Source of the DNA: a virus
Taxonomy: Duplodnaviria > Heunggongvirae > Uroviricota > Caudoviricetes
DNA length: 64,000 nt
IMG/VR virus record: IMGVR_UViG_3300031994_000001
Location: 183,799 to 247,798 of that record
Strand: one strand, 5' to 3'
Made by a program: the position numbers and the translations under genes. The notes beneath the pieces were generated by a model. That model made no database searches and was not told the origin of the DNA. It was given only the letters and a program-made list of their open reading frames with translations. This document shows positions 19,074 through 27,411 of the stretch, one piece after another (position 1 is the stretch's first letter; each line of letters opens with the position of its first letter).

Positions 19074-19772
19074 ATGGGTTACGAAATTGATTTCATTCCA
19101 ACGAAAGAATTTATCGAAGAAAAGATAAAACCGTTGATGGCATACAAGTTGAAACCAACGGAGATTCCGATTACGGAAACGGAAATATTGGTTTACGTTA
19201 TGAAAAACGGAGAGGAAACACGTTCCGTTATGAACCACCTCTATTTTCAACTGAAATACTTGCGTGAATCAGTCCGTATAGCAACTATACAAGATGCCAT
19301 AAAACAGTTTGAAAGCGAGGGCAGGATTTGGTACTGCGGTTGGGAATATGCAAAAGACAGTTACAGTCAAGATATTGACGATGTTACCAACAATGTGATT
19401 CGTACATTCACTTTGCTGAAGCAGACTGTACCGACTGCTGACTATTTCAAGGATGGCGACCACTATTACAAAAAGGTGAACGAGATTGAGGAGCAACTTG
19501 AATACTTCACCGACACTTGCAGGGATGCAACCATATACGAGATTATGGATTTGCTGCGCCCGTTTGTCGAAAAAGACGAGGACGAGGACAATGAGAAAGA
19601 CGATGAGAAAGACGAAACATTTGGCGGTTGCTTCGGTAAAACGGATGACGGCGGAATTGGCGGCTGTTTCGGTGTGATTGACAATGAAGACCAATTCAGA
19701 CCGTTGCCAGGGGATGAAGTCATTCTTGGCTCGGACGGCGATTTGCCAAAAACAAAAGCAGACAACATTTAA
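19074..19772 (+). CDS. Hypothetical protein with acidic low-complexity tail
   Basis: ORF downstream of the TTTTTATTATAT motif at 19021-19032. Confidence 0.7.
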   Translation: MGYEIDFIPTKEFIEEKIKPLMAYKLKPTEIPITETEILVYVMKNGEETRSVMNHLYFQLKYLRESVRIATIQDAIKQFESEGRIWYCGWEYAKDSYSQDIDDVTNNVIRTFTLLKQTVPTADYFKDGDHYYKKVNEIEEQLEYFTDTCRDATIYEIMDLLRPFVEKDEDEDNEKDDEKDETFGGCFGKTDDGGIGGCFGVIDNEDQFRPLPGDEVILGSDGDLPKTKADNI

Positions 19773-19807
19773 TAACATTTAGTATAAACTTTAAATTTAT
19801 CAAAGTA

Positions 19808-20599
19808 ATGGGAAAAATCTTAAAACTTGAAAATTGTGACAAAAACGCTTTGCTGTCATTGGTGAAGCAGATGGTGGTTGTTGACAAGTATATGAACATT
19901 CGTGTCAGCAAGGAGTTCACCGATTCATCTTCCTACACGGGTCAAAAGGATGTTGTGAAATACATCAAGACCGAAAACGCCTCATTGTTCGAGAGCAAAT
20001 ACGAATTGGACAAACCCGTGCGTATGTGCTTCATCAACGGCGTGAAGATTATGCTCTACCTAAACCAATTCGACATTGACAAGGTTAACCTTGAAATCCG
20101 CTATGAGGAATACGAGGACGAGTACTACGCAACCCGCGTGACATTCTTGGGCGGCGACTTGAAGATGACCGAAATGTGCGCCGACCGTCAATATGACGGC
20201 ATCAACATCGCACCAATCAAGGACGAGATTATGCAGAAACTGCTTGACACAAGCAACACAACGGTCAATTTCGACATTTCAAAGGATACCGTCAAGTCTA
20301 TGAAGGCTCTGTGCGGAATCGAAAAGAACACCTCTTGGTTCGAGTATGTCATTGCCGACAGCAAGATTTCCGTCCGCGAGAGAACCGACTTGGAGGAAGA
20401 GGATTCCGTCTTCTTCAACAAGGTCATTTCCGACACGGAATACGATGACGAAGCCTTGGTCGTACTCTGCAAGAAAAACGTGTTCGAGGCTATGAACACT
20501 CTCCTTGACTACAATGTCTGCATCTGCAACGATGACAGCAAGATTGTTTACAAGCACGAGGAGAAAGATTCCGAAACCTATATTATCGCTGCAATTTAA
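19808..20599 (+). CDS. Putative sliding clamp (gp45/PCNA-like)
   Basis: 263 aa, acidic, alternating beta/alpha two-domain pattern; clamp loader present in the window; no diagnostic motif. Confidence 0.45.
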   Translation: MGKILKLENCDKNALLSLVKQMVVVDKYMNIRVSKEFTDSSSYTGQKDVVKYIKTENASLFESKYELDKPVRMCFINGVKIMLYLNQFDIDKVNLEIRYEEYEDEYYATRVTFLGGDLKMTEMCADRQYDGINIAPIKDEIMQKLLDTSNTTVNFDISKDTVKSMKALCGIEKNTSWFEYVIADSKISVRERTDLEEEDSVFFNKVISDTEYDDEALVVLCKKNVFEAMNTLLDYNVCICNDDSKIVYKHEEKDSETYIIAAI

Positions 20600-20877
20600 T
20601 GAAAGCGGTAGGCAAATACATAGTATTGAGGCAAGACCCGCGCCAAAACTTTATCGGCGGATTGTATATACCAGAGCAAATACAGAGCGAAAAGGTAATC
20701 AATCCGCCGTACAGCGGCGTGATTGATTCGGTCGGAGAGGATGTGGTTGGGTATGCGAAAGGCGACCACATAGCCTTTGACGATATGTGCAGACCGTGGT
20801 TGGTTGAGATTGACGACCACGATGTTATAGTAATCAAAGATACTGACGTTGTTTGTAAATTTAGAGATGAAAAATAA
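20599..20877 (+). CDS. groES: Co-chaperonin GroES-like protein
   Basis: MKAVGKYIVL, GGLYIPE mobile loop, GVIDSVGEDV...KGD, VIKDTDVV. Confidence 0.8.
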   Translation: MKAVGKYIVLRQDPRQNFIGGLYIPEQIQSEKVINPPYSGVIDSVGEDVVGYAKGDHIAFDDMCRPWLVEIDDHDVIVIKDTDVVCKFRDEK

Positions 20878-22465
20878 TTTTTGCGATTACATACTGAAAA
20901 GGGGCGGTGAACTGCGAAGCCTTGAAATACCTTACGAGTTCTCGAAAGGTCTCGGACTTTGTAACCCGTCCGTTTTTATAGACGGAGATGACATATTGGT
21001 AAATGTGCGCAGGGTAAACTATGCCCTGCACACCTCGGCGGATGTATATGAGTGGAACTCGGCATACGGCCCAACGAACTATCACCACCCCGATACCGAT
21101 GTCAAACTCCGTACCGACAACTTTATGATGAAACTTGACGACAATTTCAACATCATTCCAAGTACGATTCGGGAAATTGACTACTCGAAATTCAACAAAA
21201 AGCCGATTTGGGATTTTGTCGGCGAGGAAGACGTGAGGATTGTGCGTTGGGACGGCAGGCTGTTTGTAACGGGTTGCAGGCGCGATGTCAAGACAAACGG
21301 TGAATCACGAATGGAGTTGAGCGAACTTGATTCCGACTTCAAGGAGATTTCAAGAACCCGTGTTCCCGCAGTTGACGACACTTCGTATTGCGAAAAGAAT
21401 TGGATGCCGATTCTTGACAAACCATATCATTTCGTAAAGTGGTGCAATCCTCTTGAAATTGTCAAGTTCGACCCAAAGACGGGCAAGACTGAACGTGTCG
21501 TTTCCAAGTCATACAAGGTTGAGAGCAAGGAACAACTTTGTGATTTGCGCGGAAGCAGCCAAGTTTTGAAGGTTGATGACTACTACATTGCCTTGGTTCA
21601 CGAAGTAACGCTTTGGCGTAACAGATACAACGAGCGTGAGGGTGACTATTTCAACCGATTCATCGTTTGGGATAAGGATTGGAATATAGTCAAACTTTCC
21701 GAAAGGTTCTTGTATATGAACTTTGAGGTTGAGTTCGGTGTCGGTCTCGCCTACAAAGACGGAAAATTCTTGATTCCTTTCGGCGTGTATGACAACACAC
21801 CGTTTATGCTTGTCGCCTCAAAAGAAAGCATTTTCGGCTATATCGGTCTGACCGATGAGGTGAAACCTTCCGACTATTCGACAGACGGGGACTTGACACT
21901 CGTCAAAAACTACATTGCCGATATGAGGAATCCATACGCTTCATACGAAGTCGGTATGGACTACTATATGCGCAAACAGTATTGCTGCGCACACGCATTT
22001 TTCCTGCGGTCGGCGCAGATGAGTGTTGAGGCATTCCAAAACGCCAAGGAGAAATACAAGAAAATAGGTTACGATGCGTTCTATATGTGCCAAAAGTGTC
22101 TTGAACATCTTGGTAACAGAAAGGACAAAATGCTTGCCCAATACCAACAACTCATTGATTGGGACACGGAGCGTTTCGAGGCATATTACGAACTGTCAAG
22201 CCTATACTACGGATTCGGAGAAAACTTCAACAATCACTATGTGGCACTCGGATATGCGGCGATTGCAAAGTCAAAACGGCACACGACCGTAACCAAAATG
22301 CCGCAGGATGAATACATAACCCCCGACAGAATTATGCTGCAATACTATATATGTAATTACAGATGCTATAAGGACTATGTTGCCGTTGACGGTTTGCGTC
22401 ACCTTTTGGCGTGCGGCTCTACTGAAGTGAAACGATTGATTAAATCATTAAACCTTAATATATGA
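20867..22465 (+). CDS. Glycosidase-like five-blade beta-propeller with TPR-like C-terminus
   Basis: NPSV, EDVRI, EKNWMP, RGSSQ, EFGVGL blade motifs; helical Y/A-rich C-terminal region. Confidence 0.65.
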   Translation: MKNNFCDYILKRGGELRSLEIPYEFSKGLGLCNPSVFIDGDDILVNVRRVNYALHTSADVYEWNSAYGPTNYHHPDTDVKLRTDNFMMKLDDNFNIIPSTIREIDYSKFNKKPIWDFVGEEDVRIVRWDGRLFVTGCRRDVKTNGESRMELSELDSDFKEISRTRVPAVDDTSYCEKNWMPILDKPYHFVKWCNPLEIVKFDPKTGKTERVVSKSYKVESKEQLCDLRGSSQVLKVDDYYIALVHEVTLWRNRYNEREGDYFNRFIVWDKDWNIVKLSERFLYMNFEVEFGVGLAYKDGKFLIPFGVYDNTPFMLVASKESIFGYIGLTDEVKPSDYSTDGDLTLVKNYIADMRNPYASYEVGMDYYMRKQYCCAHAFFLRSAQMSVEAFQNAKEKYKKIGYDAFYMCQKCLEHLGNRKDKMLAQYQQLIDWDTERFEAYYELSSLYYGFGENFNNHYVALGYAAIAKSKRHTTVTKMPQDEYITPDRIMLQYYICNYRCYKDYVAVDGLRHLLACGSTEVKRLIKSLNLNI

Positions 22466-23688
22466 AAATACTTGCCAATACCATAATGGGTAGCGGCGGC
22501 ATTATATGCCCCGTCAAAATAAAGGATTGCGACACCGTGAAAAACAGAGGGATTTCAAACCCCTCCATTGTGAACCACAACGGAAAGAAACTGATAACAT
22601 TCAGAAGTTGCGACTACACATTTTTCGCTTCGGTAAAACCGAATCTGTCACACCATATACTTGTGTGGTATCCCATTGACAGACCAAACGCCCACACACA
22701 TCTGAACTCAAGGAATGTTATCTGCGAGTTTGACGATGACTGCAACGTGTTCAACCCGAAGCAGTATTTGACGGAACACGGGTACGATAAATTCAACGGT
22801 TATGAGGATATACGGCTGTCGTCATTTGACGGGGTGCTGTATGCCTCCGCCTCGCATCCGACAAAGAACGGCATTCCTATGCGTATATGCAAGTTGGACG
22901 ACAACTTCGAGTTGGTGTCGTTTGACGAGTACAGCAGCGGGAACCCAGAGAAGAATTGGATGCCCGTTATGGACAAAAAGGGCGTGTACTATTACCTCGC
23001 TCCCGAAAGGGTGATTGCTGTTGAAAACGGCAATGTGACGGATATAAGAAACGTGCATTGTGAGGATAGGTTCAGCGGTTCTTCCCAACTCGTTCCTTAC
23101 AACCTTGAAGGAACTGACGGGTATGTGTGTGTTATTCACAGAGGAACTATTGAAAGTTATAACGACAAGGGCAACTACATTCTGAACTACCTGCACAAAT
23201 TCTTGTTCTTTGACAGAGACTATAACTTGGTACATCAATCGGATTGGTTCAGATTCACGGGATTCCCGATTGAGTACACCTGCGGTCTTATGATTGAGGA
23301 CGGAATTGTCACACTTCCATTCAGCATTATGGATTCATACTCTTTCATATCGAAATTCAGCACGAATGTACTTGACGACCTGCTCCTTTGGAAGAACGAC
23401 AAATTCTACAATGAGAATCCGAATGACATAAGCGGTGAACTCGGCGACCTGCGTTTCAAATTGGGCAGGATGATAATGGACGAGGACAGCACCAACTATG
23501 CGGCGAAGATTGCGGTCTCCACATACCTTGCAACAATGTCGAAGTCCAATAAAGAGGCTATAAATATGTATGAGTATGCTTTGGGTGTCTTGGGCAGTTT
23601 CGACAGCAACCAAGAGAACAAATACTTCCATTCGCTTCTGTTCCAAGACCACGCGATAAACCAAATAAAATATTTGAAAGAAAAATAA
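22462..23688 (+). CDS. Glycosidase-like beta-propeller, tandem paralog
   Basis: NPSI, YEDIRL, EKNWMP, SGSSQ, EYTCGL. Confidence 0.65.
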   Translation: MKILANTIMGSGGIICPVKIKDCDTVKNRGISNPSIVNHNGKKLITFRSCDYTFFASVKPNLSHHILVWYPIDRPNAHTHLNSRNVICEFDDDCNVFNPKQYLTEHGYDKFNGYEDIRLSSFDGVLYASASHPTKNGIPMRICKLDDNFELVSFDEYSSGNPEKNWMPVMDKKGVYYYLAPERVIAVENGNVTDIRNVHCEDRFSGSSQLVPYNLEGTDGYVCVIHRGTIESYNDKGNYILNYLHKFLFFDRDYNLVHQSDWFRFTGFPIEYTCGLMIEDGIVTLPFSIMDSYSFISKFSTNVLDDLLLWKNDKFYNENPNDISGELGDLRFKLGRMIMDEDSTNYAAKIAVSTYLATMSKSNKEAINMYEYALGVLGSFDSNQENKYFHSLLFQDHAINQIKYLKEK

Positions 23689-23689
23689 T

Positions 23690-24196
23690 ATGGAAAACTA
23701 CGCATTCTTGATGGTGAAGTACGACACCCCGTTGGTGATTGAGAAACTTCACAAGGACATTGACCCCGAAGACGTTTACGAATACGGAAACGAGCAATTC
23801 GGATTGGAGAAAGACACACACGTCACTCTCGCTCCCTGCCTTGACAACGGAATAACTGTTGTTGAATTGAAGAAATATCTCAACCCGATAGGTTCATATT
23901 CCGCCTGCATAGGCGAGTTGAGTATGTTCGAGTGTCCCGATTTTGATGTGCTGAAATATGATGTGACCTGCCAAGCGTTGCACGAATCAAACGCGAAGAT
24001 TGGTGCGCACCACACTATGCACACGGAACACACTTACCATCCGCATATGACCGTAGCCTATATGAAAAAAGGCTGCGCGAAGAAATATATGCTGCCGAAA
24101 TACAATGCGTTCCCAATCCTATATGTTCCCGCAAAGTATTTTATGTGGAGTTTCTATGACAATTCAGACAACCAACAACGCATAAACTTTTTGTAA
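23690..24196 (+). CDS. 2H phosphoesterase, T4 gp57B/Acb1-like
   Basis: Two HxT motifs: THVTL and YHPHMTVAY; ~170 aa. Confidence 0.75.
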   Translation: MENYAFLMVKYDTPLVIEKLHKDIDPEDVYEYGNEQFGLEKDTHVTLAPCLDNGITVVELKKYLNPIGSYSACIGELSMFECPDFDVLKYDVTCQALHESNAKIGAHHTMHTEHTYHPHMTVAYMKKGCAKKYMLPKYNAFPILYVPAKYFMWSFYDNSDNQQRINFL

Positions 24197-24197
24197 T

Positions 24198-24755
24198 ATG
24201 ACACGATGTAACATAGTTGTAAATGACAGCACTGACACGCTGTATATCTATCATCATTGTGACGGCTATCCAAAAGGCGTGGGTCAGCAACTAATTAAAT
24301 ACCTGCAATGCAACACACCGTTGAGTGCGCAGGATGTGCTTGACGGTCTTGTCTTTATGTACGGAGAGGAGTACGAGGAAACTTCAAGCGTACACGGTGA
24401 CATAGAGTATCTTTACACCATTGACATTCGTGACGACAAAATCTCGCTCAAATGCGATGACGTTTACGCAAACAAAAAGGCATTCAGTTGTGACTTTTCC
24501 AAAGGCGATGTCATTGAAACCGCATTGAGCAAGAAAGACATTGAACGCCTTGAAGTCACCATTGAAATGAAATACGACACGCCGAAAAGCAAAGTTTACC
24601 AAAATATGCCCGTTGATATGAATATCCCGCAGAGGAAATTCGTTGATATGGTCGTTGATGAGGTTACGGAATATTTGAAAAAGAAAAGTTTACCCGACCA
24701 TATAACAATAAGAACAACATTAACACCAAATGATACTGAAAATAAACACGACTAA
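24198..24755 (+). CDS. Conserved phage hypothetical protein
   Basis: IYHHCDGYP..VG motif. Confidence 0.7.
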   Translation: MTRCNIVVNDSTDTLYIYHHCDGYPKGVGQQLIKYLQCNTPLSAQDVLDGLVFMYGEEYEETSSVHGDIEYLYTIDIRDDKISLKCDDVYANKKAFSCDFSKGDVIETALSKKDIERLEVTIEMKYDTPKSKVYQNMPVDMNIPQRKFVDMVVDEVTEYLKKKSLPDHITIRTTLTPNDTENKHD

Positions 24756-25077
24756 AGGCAACCACCTCATAAACACAGCAGACATCGCCAAGGTCACGCA
24801 GGACGGCGGAGCAGGTGGTATCGGTAAAATTACCATAATGTATATGTGCGGACTGATGTACACGTTGGAACTCGAATACGGCGAATCGAAACGAGTGTTC
24901 GACTTCATATCCGACTGCTTGAAAACGGAGCATCACTTTTCCGTGTACGGTGAGGAAAAGCCGCCGAAAGACCCAAGGAACGAAGGAAACACCTCGTACA
25001 GCGGCGGTGACGGTAAATATTCATCGAATATGACACCACTTCCTAACCTTGACAAATGCACTCTCATAACTGATTGA
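24730..25077 (+). CDS. Hypothetical protein
   Basis: Co-oriented ORF. Confidence 0.65.
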   Translation: MILKINTTKGNHLINTADIAKVTQDGGAGGIGKITIMYMCGLMYTLELEYGESKRVFDFISDCLKTEHHFSVYGEEKPPKDPRNEGNTSYSGGDGKYSSNMTPLPNLDKCTLITD

Positions 25078-25107
25078 TTTTCTGTTTTATGATTTTTTTT
25101 TGTTTGT

Positions 25108-25152
25108 AAAAATCGGAAATGCTTTGCGCGTTTCCGATTTTTTTATTATATT
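25108..25152 (+). terminator. Terminator-like hairpin overlapping a TTTTTATTATATT promoter motif
   Basis: AAAAATCGGAAA...TTTCCGATTTTT; the T tract doubles as the promoter motif at 25140-25152. Confidence 0.65.
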
Positions 25153-25181
25153 ATATCGTAACAACTTTAATTTTTTATAAT

Positions 25182-25544
25182 ATGAAAAACCAAATCGAAA
25201 GAATTACCAAGGGGCGTTATCACTACACAGTCAACGCCGAGAAGGGCGTGGTGGTCTGCATCACGTCAAAGAAGTTCAACGGTGACGAGTACCAAGGAAA
25301 GGGTATCTCACGCTGCAACAAGGATGACCAATTCAACAAGGAGTTGGGTATGGAAATCGCCAAACTCCGCGCCATCCAAAACTGCAACAAGACAATGTAC
25401 CGCTGCGAGTTCAGCGGTGTGCGCAACGACTTCCTCCAAAAGAAGATTGACTATTGGACTTACCTGCTCAATATGAAAACCTATTTGGAGGGTCAACGCA
25501 AGAAACTCGCCGAAGACCTCAACAAACTCACAAAGGATTTGTAA
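25182..25544 (+). CDS. Hypothetical protein with G.S.C..DD.F....G..IA..RA motif
   Basis: GKGISRCNKDDQFNKELGMEIAKLRA; start at ATG 25182 after the promoter motif. Confidence 0.7.
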   Translation: MKNQIERITKGRYHYTVNAEKGVVVCITSKKFNGDEYQGKGISRCNKDDQFNKELGMEIAKLRAIQNCNKTMYRCEFSGVRNDFLQKKIDYWTYLLNMKTYLEGQRKKLAEDLNKLTKDL

Positions 25545-26308
25545 TGAATCCGAAATGCGTAATCGTGCCAGATGTCCACGGCAGGGGATTTTGGCGCACA
25601 GCCATATCCCTTTGCCCCACGGACACACCGATAGTCTTTCTCGGTGACTATCTTGACCCATACGGTTTCGAGGGAATAACACCATACGAAGCGGTTGAGG
25701 TGTTCAAGGAAGTCATAGCGTTCAGAAAGGCTAACCCCAATGTCGTGCTTCTGCTCGGAAACCACGACTGCACCTATTTCATAGGAAAAAGCATCTGCGA
25801 GTGCCGTTGCAACTATGAACAGTATGACGAAATAAGAAAACTGTTCAAAGACAACGCGGAACTTTTCGGCATAGTTCATCCGTTTAGTGTTGGCAAAAAG
25901 AAATTCATTCTGTCGCACGCGGGAATCCAACCGAAATGGCTCGAAGACTATGGTTATACCGTTGACGACATTGAAAAGTTCAATGGCTATATCAAAGGGT
26001 TCGATGAGGAAAGTGAAAGGTTCAAGGGTGCTTTGAGTGCAGTCAGTTACTATCGCGGTGGAATCGGATACTCGGCTTCGCCAATTTGGGCTGACATACG
26101 GGAATACGGTTTGAAAATGAATGATTTGAGTGCGTTTGACTTCTATCAGATTGTCGGACACACATACATAGAAAAACCCGTTGTCGTTGGTAAAATCACC
26201 TGCATTGACGTGCAGAGGGTATTCTGCATAGGTGATAACGGAAAACTTTACGACTACGAAACAGAAAAGGAAATCAAGAACGATGGAAGAACAAATAATG
26301 GAAATTGA
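25544..26308 (+). CDS. Calcineurin-like metallophosphoesterase
   Basis: DVHG, GDYLD, GNHD, SHAG, GHT motifs; TAATG overlap. Confidence 0.9.
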   Translation: MNPKCVIVPDVHGRGFWRTAISLCPTDTPIVFLGDYLDPYGFEGITPYEAVEVFKEVIAFRKANPNVVLLLGNHDCTYFIGKSICECRCNYEQYDEIRKLFKDNAELFGIVHPFSVGKKKFILSHAGIQPKWLEDYGYTVDDIEKFNGYIKGFDEESERFKGALSAVSYYRGGIGYSASPIWADIREYGLKMNDLSAFDFYQIVGHTYIEKPVVVGKITCIDVQRVFCIGDNGKLYDYETEKEIKNDGRTNNGN

Positions 26309-26606
26309 GGGGCATTGCAGAGAATCCCTGCAAATGTGGAGTGAAGTGCTTACCGAATCAAATACAAAAGGTTGGGGTATTCACTTGAATTTCACGAGTG
26401 ATGACGCTAAAAATGCCCTGCGCATAGCGACAAATATCTGCTCCAACATAGCAATCAAGAATGGAAAAATCCGCACAGTTGAAGATGCGGAAAAAATCGG
26501 CGATGCAATCAGAGAATTTGTTTGGGATAACTTTGGCATTGACACAACCAAAAGTAACGAGAATGGCGAACAAGAATCAGACGAAAGTTTACAAGTACAG
26601 CCTTAA
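26283..26606 (+). CDS. Hypothetical protein
   Basis: Co-oriented ORF. Confidence 0.65.
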   Translation: MEEQIMEIEGHCRESLQMWSEVLTESNTKGWGIHLNFTSDDAKNALRIATNICSNIAIKNGKIRTVEDAEKIGDAIREFVWDNFGIDTTKSNENGEQESDESLQVQP

Positions 26607-27027
26607 TGGAAAACTTCTTGCTGTCTATGACAGCATTTCCATTGCCGCCAAAGACAACAAGATTTCGACAACCTGCATCGCCAACGCAATGTACGGCGGT
26701 ACTAAATTCAATATCAGTCACAAGAATATTTGGCTTCGCGAATCTATGGTTGGGGAGATAGACAAAATCGTTGCCGACCGAAAAAAGGCTGTGACGTTGG
26801 AGGGAAGAATGCACGCGACCATCAAGAAAAGCGAACCCATTGACAACAAGGTTGAGCGCAGGGGCAACTACATATTCATAGAAAAGAACTTGCCCGCCGT
26901 TGAAAGGTGCATACGCTGCGCTATGTATAACAGCACTATGGAATGTCCGCCCTGCGACAAACGCGACAGAGAAGATGGCAAGGAGGGGTATTGGAGATAT
27001 TGCAAACCGATGAATGTTGAATATTGA
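26563..27027 (+). CDS. NUMOD1-like DNA-binding domain protein
   Basis: KVYKYSLNGKLLAVYDSISIAA...I..A motif; Cys-rich C-terminus; no nuclease motif seen. Confidence 0.6.
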   Translation: MANKNQTKVYKYSLNGKLLAVYDSISIAAKDNKISTTCIANAMYGGTKFNISHKNIWLRESMVGEIDKIVADRKKAVTLEGRMHATIKKSEPIDNKVERRGNYIFIEKNLPAVERCIRCAMYNSTMECPPCDKRDREDGKEGYWRYCKPMNVEY

Positions 27028-27029
27028 TT

Positions 27030-27224
27030 ATGTGGGTGGCAAGAGACAAAGACGGAGGTTTGGCGGTTTATCGGGTGAAACCGATAAGAGATGCGCGGAA
27101 TTGGTCGTGCGACCGAAAGGTGTCCTGCGAATGGAGACCCTTGTGGTTCGGGTTCGATGACTTGAAATGGGAGGATGAACCGCTCGAAATTGACGATATG
27201 TACCTCGGATTACTACTTTGGTGA
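27030..27224 (+). CDS. Small phage hypothetical protein
   Basis: MWVARDKDG.L..Y..KP.R...W family motif. Confidence 0.7.
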   Translation: MWVARDKDGGLAVYRVKPIRDARNWSCDRKVSCEWRPLWFGFDDLKWEDEPLEIDDMYLGLLLW

Positions 27225-27242
27225 TACATAACTTATATATAA
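27221..27242 (+). repeat. 22-bp dispersed element GTGATACATAACTTATATATAA
   Basis: Exact inverted copy at 43088-43109; 18/19 match at 37922-37940. Confidence 0.8.
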
Positions 27243-27310
27243 ACACAATCATATCAACCTATAAAACAAGCATTTATAAAGAAAAATTTTTTTGTTGCGA
27301 AATTCAGATT

Positions 27311-27323
27311 TTTTTATTATATT
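27311..27323 (+). promoter_or_regulatory. TTTTTATTATATT promoter-like motif upstream of the DUF2828 gene
   Basis: Recurrent motif, 89 nt before the ATG at 27412. Confidence 0.7.
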
Positions 27324-27348
27324 ATCACAGTTGCAAATGTTTTTCAAA

Positions 27349-27388
27349 AAGAAGTTTTCAGCATTTGTATAAGTAATCAAACTTCTTG
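27349..27388 (+). promoter_or_regulatory. 5'-leader RNA hairpin carrying AAGAA-N5-CAGCA
   Basis: AAGAAGTTT (27349-57) pairs with AAACTTCTT (27379-87); CAGCA at 27359-63; same determinants as the tRNA-like RNA inserts. Confidence 0.65.
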
Positions 27389-27411
27389 CAAACCAAAAAA
27401 ATCGTATCAGT

